Shown: positions 38,544-52,034 of the stretch, in pieces | Layout: each line of letters opens with the position of its first letter | Position numbering within the stretch: position 1 is the first letter of the stretch | Assembly (NCBI GenBank): GCA_002189035.1 | Contig: NEEC01000029.1 | Location: 391,600 to 455,599, forward strand | Direction: 5' to 3' | DNA length: 64,000 nucleotides | DNA from: Utricularia gibba | Lineage: Eukaryota; Plantae; Magnoliophyta | Made by a program: the position numbers and the translations under genes | Notes under the pieces: generated by a model | Told to the model about the DNA's origin: nothing | Databases searched by the model: none | What the model saw: only the letters and a program-made list of their open reading frames with translations

Positions 38544-39446
38544 GGATAATAGGGGAGAAACTGCAGGTGCAGGTATCTCTGACTCCCTCCGAGCTTACCC
38601 CACCAGTGCCTGGTGCTCCCTTGTACGATCATTCGACACGGCATTATTTACATGGAAGCAGTGACCCTTCGGGCGAGGGACCAATTGTGGGCTGCTAAAA
38701 TAGAGAACATGTTTCAGCCGCCAAGCCACTTGGGAATTTCCTTTTCTGGTTGATGCATATACACAATTTTAGAAGCAATAAATGTAAACCATCCGGAAGC
38801 AGTGAAATCGCGAAATGCCTGGACGTATTTCTTTCTCTGGGGGGGTCTGAGCGAAGAACTGGAGATGGCCTTTTTGAGTTTTGTAGGAAAAGTGTGAAAT
38901 CATCGCTGGTTTACGAGAAGTATGCTTCGTTGATCGGTTGATTTTTTTAGGGAGTGAGGTGGGATTTGGGAATTCCAAACCGATCATTTGATTTCGGATC
39001 ATCGGATCCTGACACCCATATATATATACGTTGCCTGCTGTTGCGGTCCCACCCGAATGCATAGCACGCTCCATTTGTCCAGGGTTTTTGTTTTAAAAGT
39101 CGTAATAATCAAACAAGCTTCCAGTGGAATTGCAAGTTGCGTTTGAGGAACACACGTGTGGTTAAAACAGTGTTCCGTTTGCCAAACACGTGGCTGCTGT
39201 AAACTTGTAATTGCAATTCCTCGCTTTCACTTCACCCTCTCTGAGAGGAAAGTGCTCCGGAGTATGCGAGGGCTGTAGAATTCATTCGAGGGTGGGATCT
39301 TGAGCGCCATGATCCCATCTGTGCTGATGTCCACCTGAAATCTACATTATCCCTCTTCCCCCTTTGTGTCTATTCTCCCTTTCTGGTCTCCGGGTTTAGA
39401 GACATCTGGGTTTAGGTTGGGAAACTTATCTTGGGTACTTTTCCAA

Positions 39447-42240
39447 ATGGGTCTTCAAAATCCAGATTGGTTGCCAGCAGGTTGGAAAATTGAAGTCAAG
39501 ACTCGTAGTTGTGGAGGCCGTCGTGATAAGGTTTCTTTCTTTTTTTGTAATCATGTTATTCCTGTTGTTTGCACCTTTCCGTGTTTGTTGATGGAAAATT
39601 AATTCTGTGGGAGAAGAAATGGGGTGTGTGGATCGCTGTCTGCATGACGTTAAGGACCTTGTTTTTATACAATTTATCGACATTCCGCTCTCTCATGGGG
39701 TTAGGGATTGAAGTGAAAAGTCAGACGATTCCTTCAATGAGAGGAATTTTACTCAAGTACAAGGCTCTGAACAAAAATGAGCCCAGTGCCTCAGTGAATA
39801 AGCAGCAATTTTTTACCGAAAAATCTCATCTTGTTTCCAAGCATGAACTAGGAATGGGCTAACGTGTCGGTCATAAAAATGTAAATTTGAAATTGGCGCA
39901 GTAATCCTGAGGGATCTCTACTATGGGAGCATGCGTAGCAGTGGTTCTTCTTTAGTTCTGTACATCATTTGCACAGCTTGGTTTTCTATGGGAAAAGTTT
40001 CATGTGTCCGCACATTGGGTCATTGAATTTGTGCGGAGCCTACCTTCAGCGCTTCACTAGTTTTCCTGTTTTTCTTCTAGTATTACGTGTGCCCCGCCCC
40101 ACAAATGGATTGAAGTTGAAGTCCCAGCCTGAAGTTCTTCGATATCTCAATAGCTCGGGAAAATGTCAAACACCCATTAAGATTAAACAAGAAAATGCGA
40201 AGAAGGTTAACATCGCCCATTTCCCAAGTTTAGTTCCTTGTGTTTTAGCAGTGTGACCTTGGACCATTGCCCAGTACCTTGTATTGTATCTGGCGTCAGT
40301 GCTTCAATGTCATTCAACGTTGTAGGTTGGCGAAAAAAAGACAGTGGCTGATTTACCTGCGGCATGGATCAAGGAATTCAGAACAACAAGGAAGCGTGGC
40401 CACAAGGCCAGAAGAGATCCGGTGCATATTCCTTTCTTTCTTTTTATGTTCCGTGCAATCTTTTTAATGCATCATGTTGGTTGTATTTCTTCTTGCAGCA
40501 TAATATCCATCCTGTCGGTGGGCATAGTTTCCGCTCAATCCCTGGAGACATGCACCACCTGCATTCTAAACTTGGAAAGATCAAGAAACTAAAAGATGAA
40601 GTGCATGTAAGTGCCGACTATTGGTTTCATTGTTCCTCATATCTCCTTTACACATTTGCTACTTCTAGTCATCTGCGAAGGCGAAACCACAGGCGTCACG
40701 CAACAAGAAAAATTATAGAAATCTATCCAACATCATGAAGTCAGGTTCTGATTTTTCGTTTTTATATTTCTTTATTGTCACTTCTTCAATTGGCTCATCA
40801 ATGTCCTTTTGTCAACTAGTCTTAGCAAGGTTTAGTTTTTCAAGGTCGGTATTGTTCGTTTATGAACCAGGGAAGAGGGTTGCAGATCGGGTGACTAGAT
40901 CTCAGGAGAAAATCATGAATGTGGAGGATGACGAACAATTAGAGAAAAATGGAGATGATATTTCTCTAGAATGTGATCTCTCTAATAATCTGCAATTCTC
41001 ACTCAATGGAGTGAAACAAGAAGTTGATAATCTGCAAGTCATGAAAGTTGTGCGGAACCGGCTAGATGTTAGTGCAATATTGGATCGCAGACTGAAATCA
41101 GGTGCGCAATGATATCATTGTTAAGATTTGCATGGAAGGCATTGCAAATGGTCCTGCTGACACTATGAGCTCGGCACCTGCAGGATCAAAGGCAGCTGAC
41201 TTGAAAACTGCAGATTTTATTTATGTGAAGCGGAGAAGCATCGAAAAGGAGCCCATGCATGCAAACCTTCCGGATAAGCAGCCTGAGGTAAATGAAGAGA
41301 AAGACCAAAGATATGGAAGAAGGAGAAGCAGAAGGTTGCATGAAGGCAACTTGAAGCAACATCAATCCATACATTCAGGTGCGTATCATATTCAATTGGG
41401 ATTCGACGATTTTTATGGAAATCTAGGACATACATCTGAGATTTTGATGTAATTATTTTCGCAAGATCAGAAAATGATGATGCAAAAGAAAGTTCCCAAA
41501 TCCTCCCAGAAATAGAAAGTCATCTTGGCGGAGAAGGAAATGAGCTATCCAATCTTAAACGGGAAAAAAGGTCAAGGGGCAAATGCTTTGCAAATGAATC
41601 GTTCTTTGGTAATCCAAAAAGATTAGCAGTTCTCATGGTTAGTTCTTCTGTGGAGCCACAATCCAGCAAGGAAGCCAGGGGAGATAAAGGAAAAGCAGAT
41701 GAAGAAGGTATTGGTAGTAGACCCGGATCCTCATATGAGCCAGGGATCAGCGACCGCAGAAATCCTTCAGCAGAAAGGAACGGAAACCCGTCAGATCATG
41801 AGATGGGGGGCTCCGATGTGGTGGGAGATGTTCCATTTCCCGAAGGGGACAGAAATGTTGTCGATGCAACACCAAGCAGAAGCGAGAAGCAAGAAATATC
41901 CTCCTCATCGCCGTCGGTGTTGAAGGATCTGCTGATGGATCCATGCATAGAATTTGCAGTTAAAACTCTAACTGGAGCTATTACGATCGAAGATGTGAGG
42001 AATATTGAAAGCAGCCTGATATTAGCGTATCCTTCAGCTTGCTCCTCCAGGTCCATGACTCCGTCAGGCGACATTTGGTCTGATCCTTGTTTTGAGTTCG
42101 CCGTCAAAACGCTCACTGGCGAACTCCCAATGGAGTGTGGATCAAAGCCCCAGGCTTCTTTCCATCAGTCAATGTTATCACCTAGGATCACGAGGTGCAG
42201 CAGCGGCATCAACAACGTCAGCTCCTCAAACCACTCATGA
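39447..42240 (+). CDS. MBD13: Methyl-CpG-binding-domain protein, MBD13-like (two MBD-like units); frame anomaly at 40091-40100
   Basis: PDWLPAGWKIEVKTR..GRRDK|YYVCP..NGLKLKSQPEVLRYL; second unit LPAAWIKEFR...RRDP|..HPVGGHSFRS; C-terminal twin DPC(I/F)EFAVKTLTG motifs characteristic of MBD13. Confidence 0.78.
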
Positions 42241-45009
42241 AGACCACAGCAAGGCGTGAAGCGTAGTAGTATCCTCAATGAGTCTCTGTGAGCGGGGGAA
42301 CTTTTCATGTTCACGGTATTTCCTAATACTTTAAGCTTTTGAGTGGTCTCTGATGGTCGTGGCCCAGCATCTATGAGCCTTTTAATCAGTATTACACACA
42401 ACTACATATAACTGAAGCCGGAAGAGAGGTTTGTTTGTTTTCCGGTTAAGATCAAAAAAAGGACGCAGACCGTGAAATCTTTTACCAGCTTTTGCTGCAC
42501 ACTTGTCAAATGATAATACATATATATATATGTATGGCGGCCAACAACAGGGAGCTGCTGCTGCTGCTGTTATCGTCTCGAGTGGGCTGCATCCACACAA
42601 TGACTATACCACACTAAGATATACTAGACACCAGGTGGCAGCAATGTTTTCAACGAGGCCTGATACCACATGTACAAGACTTGAGTATTGGGGGATGGGA
42701 TCCATTGAAACAAAAATTACATGTGCGAGAGCGAGACTGACTGAGCCTGAGGGTAAATTAGAGAAAAAAGGGGGCCCACTCCCGGAAAGGGACGCGACAC
42801 TGCCCCGGTATGTCCCTCCCCCTCCCTCTACTCTGGGACTCTGGAGTCTAAAAAGCCAAAAAAGAGAAAAATAAAAAAAGGGCAGTCAGGCCCCACTCCC
42901 AGCCGGAAAGACGGCTGATCCGCCGTAGCGCCGGTCGCCGTATTCCCACCCCGTTTAAAGAGCTCCTATCCTTCTCCCCTATCCATCTCGTAGTCCCAAA
43001 CCGGCTCGGCTCGACTCGACTCGACTCGTGTTAAAGACATCGGGAGGGAAGATGGGCATCGAGTCTTTGATAATTCATACTTCCCTGATCATGTCTGACG
43101 CATCCTAGCCCCACCCGATTCTTGTTCTCTAACGCAGTATCCTTCTGGAAAAATGCATCATATCTTATTAACAGACAACACCCAACGATTCTTTTGATTG
43201 TACAGTAATCAAGCTGCAGATCTTCCCTCTTTCCTTCAAACAAGGAGAAAAAAAAAAAAAGAATCCAATCCAGATCAGATCAGATCAGATGAGGTCGGAT
43301 GAGCGAGTGACTGATGACAAAGATAATAATAAATTCCACTAAGAAGCAAACGTAGCCAGGTAGGGCGGAGGACATTATAACCAACGGCTAAATTATGTAA
43401 TGTACAGGATTTTTTTAATTATTTTGATGGCAGGGCAGGGGCGAAGCTTCAAAAAAAAAAACTGAATAATAGTTAAGAGGAGTAGGCCCCATCCGGGGAA
43501 AGGAGAAGAGTAAAATAAATAGGTACAGGCATAGGGTGTAGGTATAGCTTAATTATGCATATCATAATTGAAAGAAATTTTAAATACAAAGGAACCCCTC
43601 AAACCCAAGTTTCGAAAATGACATGCTCGTTCGGTCGCACCTGCCTACGTACAATGCACATACATACATGCAGCTGTGTCATCTCTTCTCGTGATGTATC
43701 ATTTCTCTACTCATTCCAATAAAATAATAATCCCACATTCGACTAACCAATAACGGGTCACGACTGCCCTTCCTTTAATGCCTTGCAGCAAAATGGGAAG
43801 GTACAACAGCAGCAGCTAAGGCTAGCTTGCTAGCTGTCTCATGCTGCATGATTCTGGTTCTGGCCGGCCTGGTATCGAATAAATTAACTGATATTCTGGG
43901 GCACTGGACTGGAGGCCTAGTGTCTGTGACCTGATGCGAGCCACGAAATTTCCCTTTCCTGGCAATACAAAATTCCTTCCCTTCAACCTGTGCCCCCAGT
44001 GCAGTCCGCTGGTTCCTCGACTCTGTATTTTCCTTTTTCACTTTTTGTGTGGGTGTTTTGACTTTTATACCCAACTGGACTGGACTGGACTGGACTGGGT
44101 GAATCAAAGCAACCTGCTTTCTCGCTCACCACCACCTGCTTTCTTCTTCTCAGTCTCATTTTATCTTCTTGTATGTGGGGGGTGATTTAGAAATCTGGCC
44201 ACTGTATGTAGGTGCACTTGCACATGTCTAGCAGCTGCTAATGCTGCCCACTCTTAGGACTACATCATGAATTTGACTTGACTACATGGCCAAAGGAAGT
44301 TAAGGGCGGGCAGCACCATTATCTCTCTGGATTATGCTGCTGCTATTACGACCGACCTATTTCCATCCAAAATACATCCCGAGAACCATTCTTGTATCGC
44401 GGTCCGCACCAGAACAGAATTTGCACCATGCTCCCGTTTATACATTTCTCACTCCCTCGAGTCAAAACCCCAACGACTCATATTAAAAAAGAATAAAAAA
44501 AACAGAGGAAAACGAGGTAGAGACTAGAGAGAGAGAGAGAGGCCTGGTTCCAGTCCGGTCCTTTTAGTACGAACGACGCCAGCGACGTGGGCGAGAGAGA
44601 TTCCACTGTTTAATGTCGCGTCAAGTTGCGTCACCACCGTTTAAACCTCAACACCCGGCCCATTTTCTCTCTCTTGCGTTGCCAAGGAAGAAGAAGCACC
44701 ACCATTTCACGCTTCTGCCGAGTCATTCATTTCTCTCCTCTCGACTGCTCGCTCGCTCGCTCGCTCGCTACCCTCTCTTTTATTGCTTCTGCTGCACCCA
44801 GCCCTACGCTTCACGCAAAACGCGCCTCCTTTCTCCCCCTCTGACCCTTTTTTCCATCTCTCCGCTCTACGCTGTTATGTCATCACACATTCCCTGCGTC
44901 TCCCTCGACTCCCTTTGGCTCCGTCATATTCGGATTGCTACTTCCACTTTTATTGCCATGACTGATTGAGTCAATGCATAGCAAACGAGTAATACTACTA
45001 CACAAGAAG

Positions 45010-48000
45010 ATGAATGTGAACGTTGGTTTCCTCGTTTTTGCTTCAGTGTTGCCGCTCATGTTCTTGCACTCTTCCGCTATCCGCGATGAAGGTAATGGTG
45101 GCCATAGTCTGTTTTCATCACTTTCTCTTTCTGTAATTTTCGGTAGGTGACAGTGGACTGAGATTCTCCTCGATACGAATATGACATTTGCCATTCATTC
45201 AGTCCACTCGTGGAAAATGAAATCTTTTTGGTATATTGCTTCTGCAACTGCTCTGTTAATATCAGCCATGCCAGAATGAGCTGTTTTCGACGCAAACCAG
45301 TCATTAAAAATTCAAATTTCCTCACCTTCAATTGCAATTTACGGTCTTCTTGGAAGATTTTCTGGGTTTTTCTCAAGCATTTCGTCTCGATCCCTTATCA
45401 GCATCGAATTTCCATTCTTCTGATCGTATTCCCGCCTGGAAACGTGCTGTTTCTTCCGAAAACGAAGCTTTAGTCAAATGATAGGCAGCACAGTTCTCGT
45501 TGTTGGCTCAAATTTTTTTGAAGTAAATAGTTTCGCTATAAGAACAGCTTTTTTTTTAAAGTATATTTTTGCATTTTGAAGTTTATGTATCGGCAATAGA
45601 GTTCGCTTATCATATTTTCAGGAAAGGCATTGATGTCCATCAAATCATCCTTTAGTAGCGTCGCGAATATGATGTTGGATTGGGATGTTGTCCACAATGA
45701 GGATTTTTGCTCATGGAGGGGTGTATCTTGTGGGAAAGCGGGCATGTCCGTTGTTGCCCTGTATGTCTTCTGTTTACCCATTTGTCAGCTTAGCTGTCTC
45801 TTCGTTTTTTCTGAAACTTAAAATATGTGAATTGGGATATTTGTTTAAGGAATCTATCTAATATGAATTTGGGTGGGGAGATTTCACCAGCTGTTGGGGA
45901 TTTGAGAGGCCTCGAGACGCTGTAAGCATTATTTGGGATTCCATACATTATAATGAAGAACTCGGTTTGTTCATAACTGTTAAAAGCGTTGTTTTGTGTG
46001 CAGGGATCTTCATGGAAACAATTTAACTGGTCAAATCCCGGATGAGATTGGAAATTGCGTCTCCCTTGTGCTTATGTGTGTAAAATACCCGTCTTGTTTA
46101 AAGATTGTTTATCATATTTCAGAAATCTCCTTGTATGCTGACATTTGCATTCAGTGATCTGTCAGAAAACCTGCTTGCAGGAGACATACCGTTCTCCATT
46201 TCCAAGCTTAAGCAGCTTGAAACTTTGTACGTTGATCTTCTTTCATAACTCCTATCTTGTAATGCCGCCTGATGAGATAATCGCTATACTCAATAGAAAC
46301 CTAAAGGACAACCAGCTTTTGGGACCTATTCCTTCCACACTAACGCAAATTCCTAACCTTAAGACTCTGTAAGTTTCTTCTGCCTTGCATCCCTATAACC
46401 GTTTGTCTCTTGTGTTAACTGTTGGATTGTTTTCCCAGTGATCTTGCTCGAAACCAGCTTACCGGAGAGATTCCAAGGCTGATCTACTGGAATGAAGTGT
46501 TGCAATATCTGTGAGTAAAGCCATTGGGAAGCCTGCCAACTTTATCCTTTTGGAGATATTTTTTTCTGATACATTGTTTTGGTGAATGTTTATACAGCGG
46601 CCTGAGAGGAAATATGCTTACTGGGACGTTATCCCCCGACATTTGCCAACTAACTGGCCTTTGGTACTTGTATGTGGTGGTGCTTGTTTTGACTCTTACT
46701 GCTATCTGCCGATATATTATTCAGTGCATTGATTATTTTTTTTTTTTTGGCAGTGATGTGAGAGGGAACAATCTTACTGGAACTATACCTGAAAATATTG
46801 GCAACTGTACAAGCTTTGAGATATTGTATGCCCTTTACTTCGCTCGCCTTTATGAAACCCATAAAACTTATTACTACTTGTTTGAAACCACAAATGAAAT
46901 GCTTCCAGGGACCTCTCTTACAATCAGATTAGTGGGGAAATACCTTACAACATTGGATTTTTGCAAGTAGCAACTCTGTGAGTGGCTTTTTCAGTGAATT
47001 CTGCTTGTGAAATATTTTATTTTTCTCTAATTACTTGGTTAAAATGTACTAAATTTTGTGCCTTGCGGAGTTTGACTCAAATTATATTTGCCCTCTGCAG
47101 TTCTCTGCAGGGTAATATGTTGTCTGGGAAGATACCCGAAGTTCTTGGTCTAATGCAAGCCCTTGCTGTGTTGTGAGAATCCAATCGTATCTGTTCCTTG
47201 ATTTTGGCTGCCAGTATCGTATAATCTTCAACAGCATTTCACATGATCTCTCTTCTTTCCTTTCGAATTTCAGAGATTTAAGTGAAAACGAGCTTGTTGG
47301 ACCAATTCCTCCTATTTTGGGAAACCTCTCATACACAGGAAAATTGTTAGTCAAGTATTTTCAGTTTATAGAATGTGATGGACTATTTGTTCTTCCGTTG
47401 CCTCAGAGTGAAGTAACTCGTTTCAGGTATCTCCATGGGAACAAGTTGACTGGACCTATTCCTCCGGAGCTTGGGAATATGTCAAAGCTGAGCTATTTGT
47501 AAGACTTTCATAGCAACTTATTCTGGAAATTGGTCGTGGTGCTAATGGTCACTATTCAGGCAATTGAATAACAATCAGTTAACTGGAAGCATTCCTGCTG
47601 AACTTGGCAATTTGGAACAACTTTTTGAGTTGTACGTCTGTCTTTTGCATTAGAATGCTCAATCTGGTACTTCATATATGCTATATTTACTAACTTTCTT
47701 GTGATGCCTGTTTGCAGAAACCTGTCAAACAACGAGCTGGAGGGGCCCATTCCCGAGAATATCAGCTCCTGCACTGCTTTGAATCAGTTGTAAGACGGCT
47801 GGTTCGAGATTTATTGGTTATAATTGGTATGTGTTTGTCTGGTTTGCCTTCTACTTTTGGCTTCACCATCTTTGCAGGAATGTTCATGGTAACAAACTAA
47901 ATGGATCTGTTCCTTCTGGTTTAAAGCATCTGGAAAGTCTAACGTACTTGTAAGTTGTCACCCTTGCAATCTGATTCTTATCTCCGAATTTTGTCTTGAA

Positions 48001-50564
48001 TGGATGATAATGATGCGCTTATTTTATCAGAAATTTTTCCTCAAACCACTTTGGCGGCAGCATACCGGCTGAGCTTGGGCACATTATTAATCTTGACACA
48101 TTGTGCGTTTCAAAATTGAATTTTTAGTTTGGTATCGGTCAAGATTTATTTGGCAGTATGTGTTTGCATGATTTCTAGGGACCTTGCATGTAACGAATTT
48201 TCTGGGGCAATTCCAGCTTCCCTGGGCGATTTGGAGCATCTTCTTACTCTGTAGGCTACTGCACATTTTAAATTATGCGTGGCTAATGTTGTGTTAGACA
48301 ATGTTTGTAATCTGTTTTCCCGCTTTAGGAATTTAAGCTATAATAATCTTGATGGGCACATTCCTCCTGAGTTTGGCAACTTGAAGAGCATTGCGGTGAT
48401 GTGAGTCTTTCAAAGTTGAATTCCACTTAATATTTACTTGAATCCTAGTGTCACGTATGTGAGCGTTTCGAAATCATAATCTCGTGCAGGGATATGTCAT
48501 TCAACAACTTATCTGGCTATCTCCCAGGGGAGTTGGGGCAACTGCAGAATCTGGCAAGCCTGTATGTTCAGTGAATGGTGCTTTTATCATCTGCTATACT
48601 GTATGGTGCTGTAACTTTGCATGCTTCGTGGTTTCTTGAATGTCAGTATGTTGAGCAATAATGATTTGACCGGTGGAATACCAGACCAACTGGCGAGCTG
48701 CTTAAGTCTTGAACAGCTGTAATGCCTGTCACCCTTTCCGATTGAGTATCCAGTTATATGAGTGCAATACTGATCATACGCTCTTCAGGAATGTTTCATA
48801 TAACAACTTATCTGGGATCGTGCCAGAAGCAAAGAACTTCTCTCGGTTCTCATCTGAAAGGTGATTTTTTAAATTCTCTGGCATCCACTAGCGTTGCAAT
48901 TGGAAATCTGAGAATACGTTAAACTCACTCTTGCTAATGCCCGTTGGTTTGCAGTTTTATAGGCAATCCTTTTCTATGCGGCCATTGGCTGGGTTCCATA
49001 TGTTACCCATACCCCTTAAGATCCAGCGGTATAGTCCTATTCATTCAGGATTTGTACTGTTATTCCCTTACTAGTGATGTGCTTACAAATTCTCTGCTTT
49101 TGATACTTTTACCTCAGTTTTATTCTCAAGGACAACAATTGCTTGCATCACAATGGGATGCATCACGCTGTTATTGATGATAATGGTTGCAATATACAAA
49201 TCGAATCAGCCAAAGGATTTCGTGAGGGGCTCTGGAAAGAGTGCGAACTATGGCATCTCTTTTTTCTCTATGAATTGCGTGTGCTGGCATTTGGCTCACT
49301 GATTTTTTTGCGTGTTTCATATTGTGTAGGATCAAAGCTGGTTATTCTTCACATGGATATGACTGTCAGTAGTCATGAAGATGTGCTGAGACTCACTGAT
49401 AACTTCAGCGAGAAACACGTGATAGGACATGGATCTTCAAGTACGGTGTACAAATGTGTGCTGAAAAATTCCCTACCGATTGCAATAAAGCGACTCTACA
49501 GCCGTTATGATAATGGTTCATCTGAGTTTGAGACAGAGCTTGAGACGATTGGTAAAATCCGGCACAGGAACCTTGTCAGTCTCCATGGTTACTCTCTCTC
49601 GCCGCAAGGAAATCTTCTGTTTTATGACTACATGGAAAATGGATCACTTTGGGATCTCCTCCACGGTTAGTCTTAGCCTACTCTTTTTTTTTTTGGAAGG
49701 TCAGCTTGTCTTAATCCATTGTTGATACGTGAAACTTGCCAAGTTAGGTCCATCTGAGAAGGTGAAACTTGATTGGGATACGCGTCTGAGAGTTGCAGTT
49801 GGAGCAGCTCAAGGGCTTGCGTACCTTCATCATGATTGCAACCCGAGAATCATTCACAGAGATGTGAAATCTTCCAATATTTTGCTTGATTCAAATTTTG
49901 AAGCTCATCTTTCGGATTTTGGGATTGCCAAGTGTCTTCCTCCTGCAAAAATGCATGCTTCCACTTATGTTCTTGGGACAATAGGCTACATCGATCCTGA
50001 TTATGCAAGAACATCCAGGCTGACAGAGAAGTCTGATGTTTATAGCTTTGGCATAGTGCTACTGGAGCTTTTGACAGGAAAGAAGGCTGTGGACAATGAT
50101 GTGAACTTGCATCAGCTGGTAGCTCTCTAGCCATGCTTTTCCCCGAATCTTTTCTTGTCGATGGAAGGATTTCAGCCAAATCTGCACTTTTTCAGGTTCT
50201 TGCAAAAGCTGATAACAACACTTTAATGGATGCTGTTGATCCAGAGGTGACAGTCACGTGTGTTGACCCGTCGCACACAAGGAAGGTCTTCCAACTTGCA
50301 TTGCTGTGCACTAAAATCCTGCCGTCTGAGAGGCCTACTATGCATGAAGTTTCCAGAGTTCTCATCTCGATGTTACCATCGCCGCTCCCAAAGAAACCAT
50401 CAACGACTAGCATGAAGAATGCAGAATATTCCCAGATGGTGACGCGTGAAGGTCACCCCAATGAATCTCCGCAGGGGCAGTTGCAACGGCGACAGGACAG
50501 CAAATCGTCGGATGCTGAATGGTATCTGAAATTTGGGGAGGTGATATCGAAGAACTCGTTTTGA
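45010..50564 (+). CDS. ERL1/2: ERECTA-LIKE LRR receptor kinase; many short LRR exons
   Basis: Signal peptide; [16 protein letters not shown]; [18 protein letters not shown]; tandem about 72-nt LRR exons; kinase [59 protein letters not shown]; C-terminus [19 protein letters not shown]. Confidence 0.95.
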
Positions 50565-52034
50565 GAAAGTTCTGCTTTCAACAGAGTCTCCCTGGCGCAG
50601 GGACCGAGTAGTTAGGGGAGCGTTTTGCCACGAAGCCTACAATGTTCTCGGGTCGTTTTTACAAAGTTGGCACCATGAGGTTGTTGTCTGTATGTGCAGG
50701 GTTAGCGTAGCTACTAAGGGACGTTCTGCCAGGAACGTCCGTCAGTCTAAACAGAGGATCCAAATTGTGATTGTCTTAGAATTAGTTGTTGTAGGCTGCG
50801 GGGAGATGAAATTCTTTCTATGAAAAGAAAATTCACGGCCCAATTTTCAATCCACAAGTGTGTTGCAAGTGGTGAATGGTTTATTGGCAGTGCACACCCT
50901 GATTCTGGTTATCTGCAAATTCAAGCATCAAGCAAGCTGGAGCTCCGGAATTTGATGGATGATGTTTGAGAATGTTACATGTGATATAGCCCTGCTGCGT
51001 TCTCCAGAGTTGTGTCCGGAACCACCTGGGAGGAGCCCCAGCCAAAAATGATGTTCTCAATAATTGATCAGTATGCTATTTTAGGCAGATGGATGCCAAG
51101 TGCCAAATTAACCTCTCGAATAAAATTTGTTTGTACCTTCTCACAGGCTTAAGAGCCTAATGGTGATGGCGTGACTAAAAGTAGATCCGGCGTGTGTGTG
51201 TTTTGCTCGCTGGTCCAGATGGTGGTGTTCAGGTATGCTAGTTGCGGCTGGTCCAGTTCAGATTAGTGCTTATGCTGAATATGCGAAAACTTTAGCTGCT
51301 GATTGGAACCTGTGTTTTGCCGTAGCTGTTCTGTGACTGATTTCTATAGGTTGTACATTGGTAGCTTCATTCCAAGAGATCACAGCAGGAGGAAGAACCT
51401 GAGAAACACAACTATGAGCGCACAATCTCATTTTCTGACCCCAGCAACGCTGATTTTGTTGATTCTGATGAGGGAGTCGACCTATTATACAGTGTAACAG
51501 GCCCAAATCCGACTTCGTCAACTCCATTCTCCAGAAATAACCCGGCGAGAATAAACTCGGAACCCATATTTCAGAATGTATCTTCCGAAAATAATGCCTC
51601 ACTGCCAGGAGACGACTCCCAGAGATCAAATCCATGAAATAAAATGCCAAGATTCTTCATGTTTGATTGTTACGATTTTCTTCTTATTTATCAATTGTCA
51701 CCTATTTTTGTAATAGAAGTTTTAGTGTCAGGCTCCTGCTGTCTGACTCCAATGACTAGATTTTGCAGACCGAACTAGACCACGATCCCTCCCCACAATG
51801 AGTCTTAACTTAGCCCGCTCACCCCGCCGCCTCAGTGTATGCTCTGCTGCTGTAAGCTGATGCTCGTGTGTTTTGTACATTAATGTGAAAGTGATTTTTG
51901 TACTTATAGCTCTCTAACTTCCCTCAATTTGGTTTGTTACTCAACTAAAGCGCGCTCCTCGTAGATTGTACAATTTGTATACATACAAGTTTAAAAAACA
52001 GATGGAGAACGCAGGGAGATATTAAAACACACAG

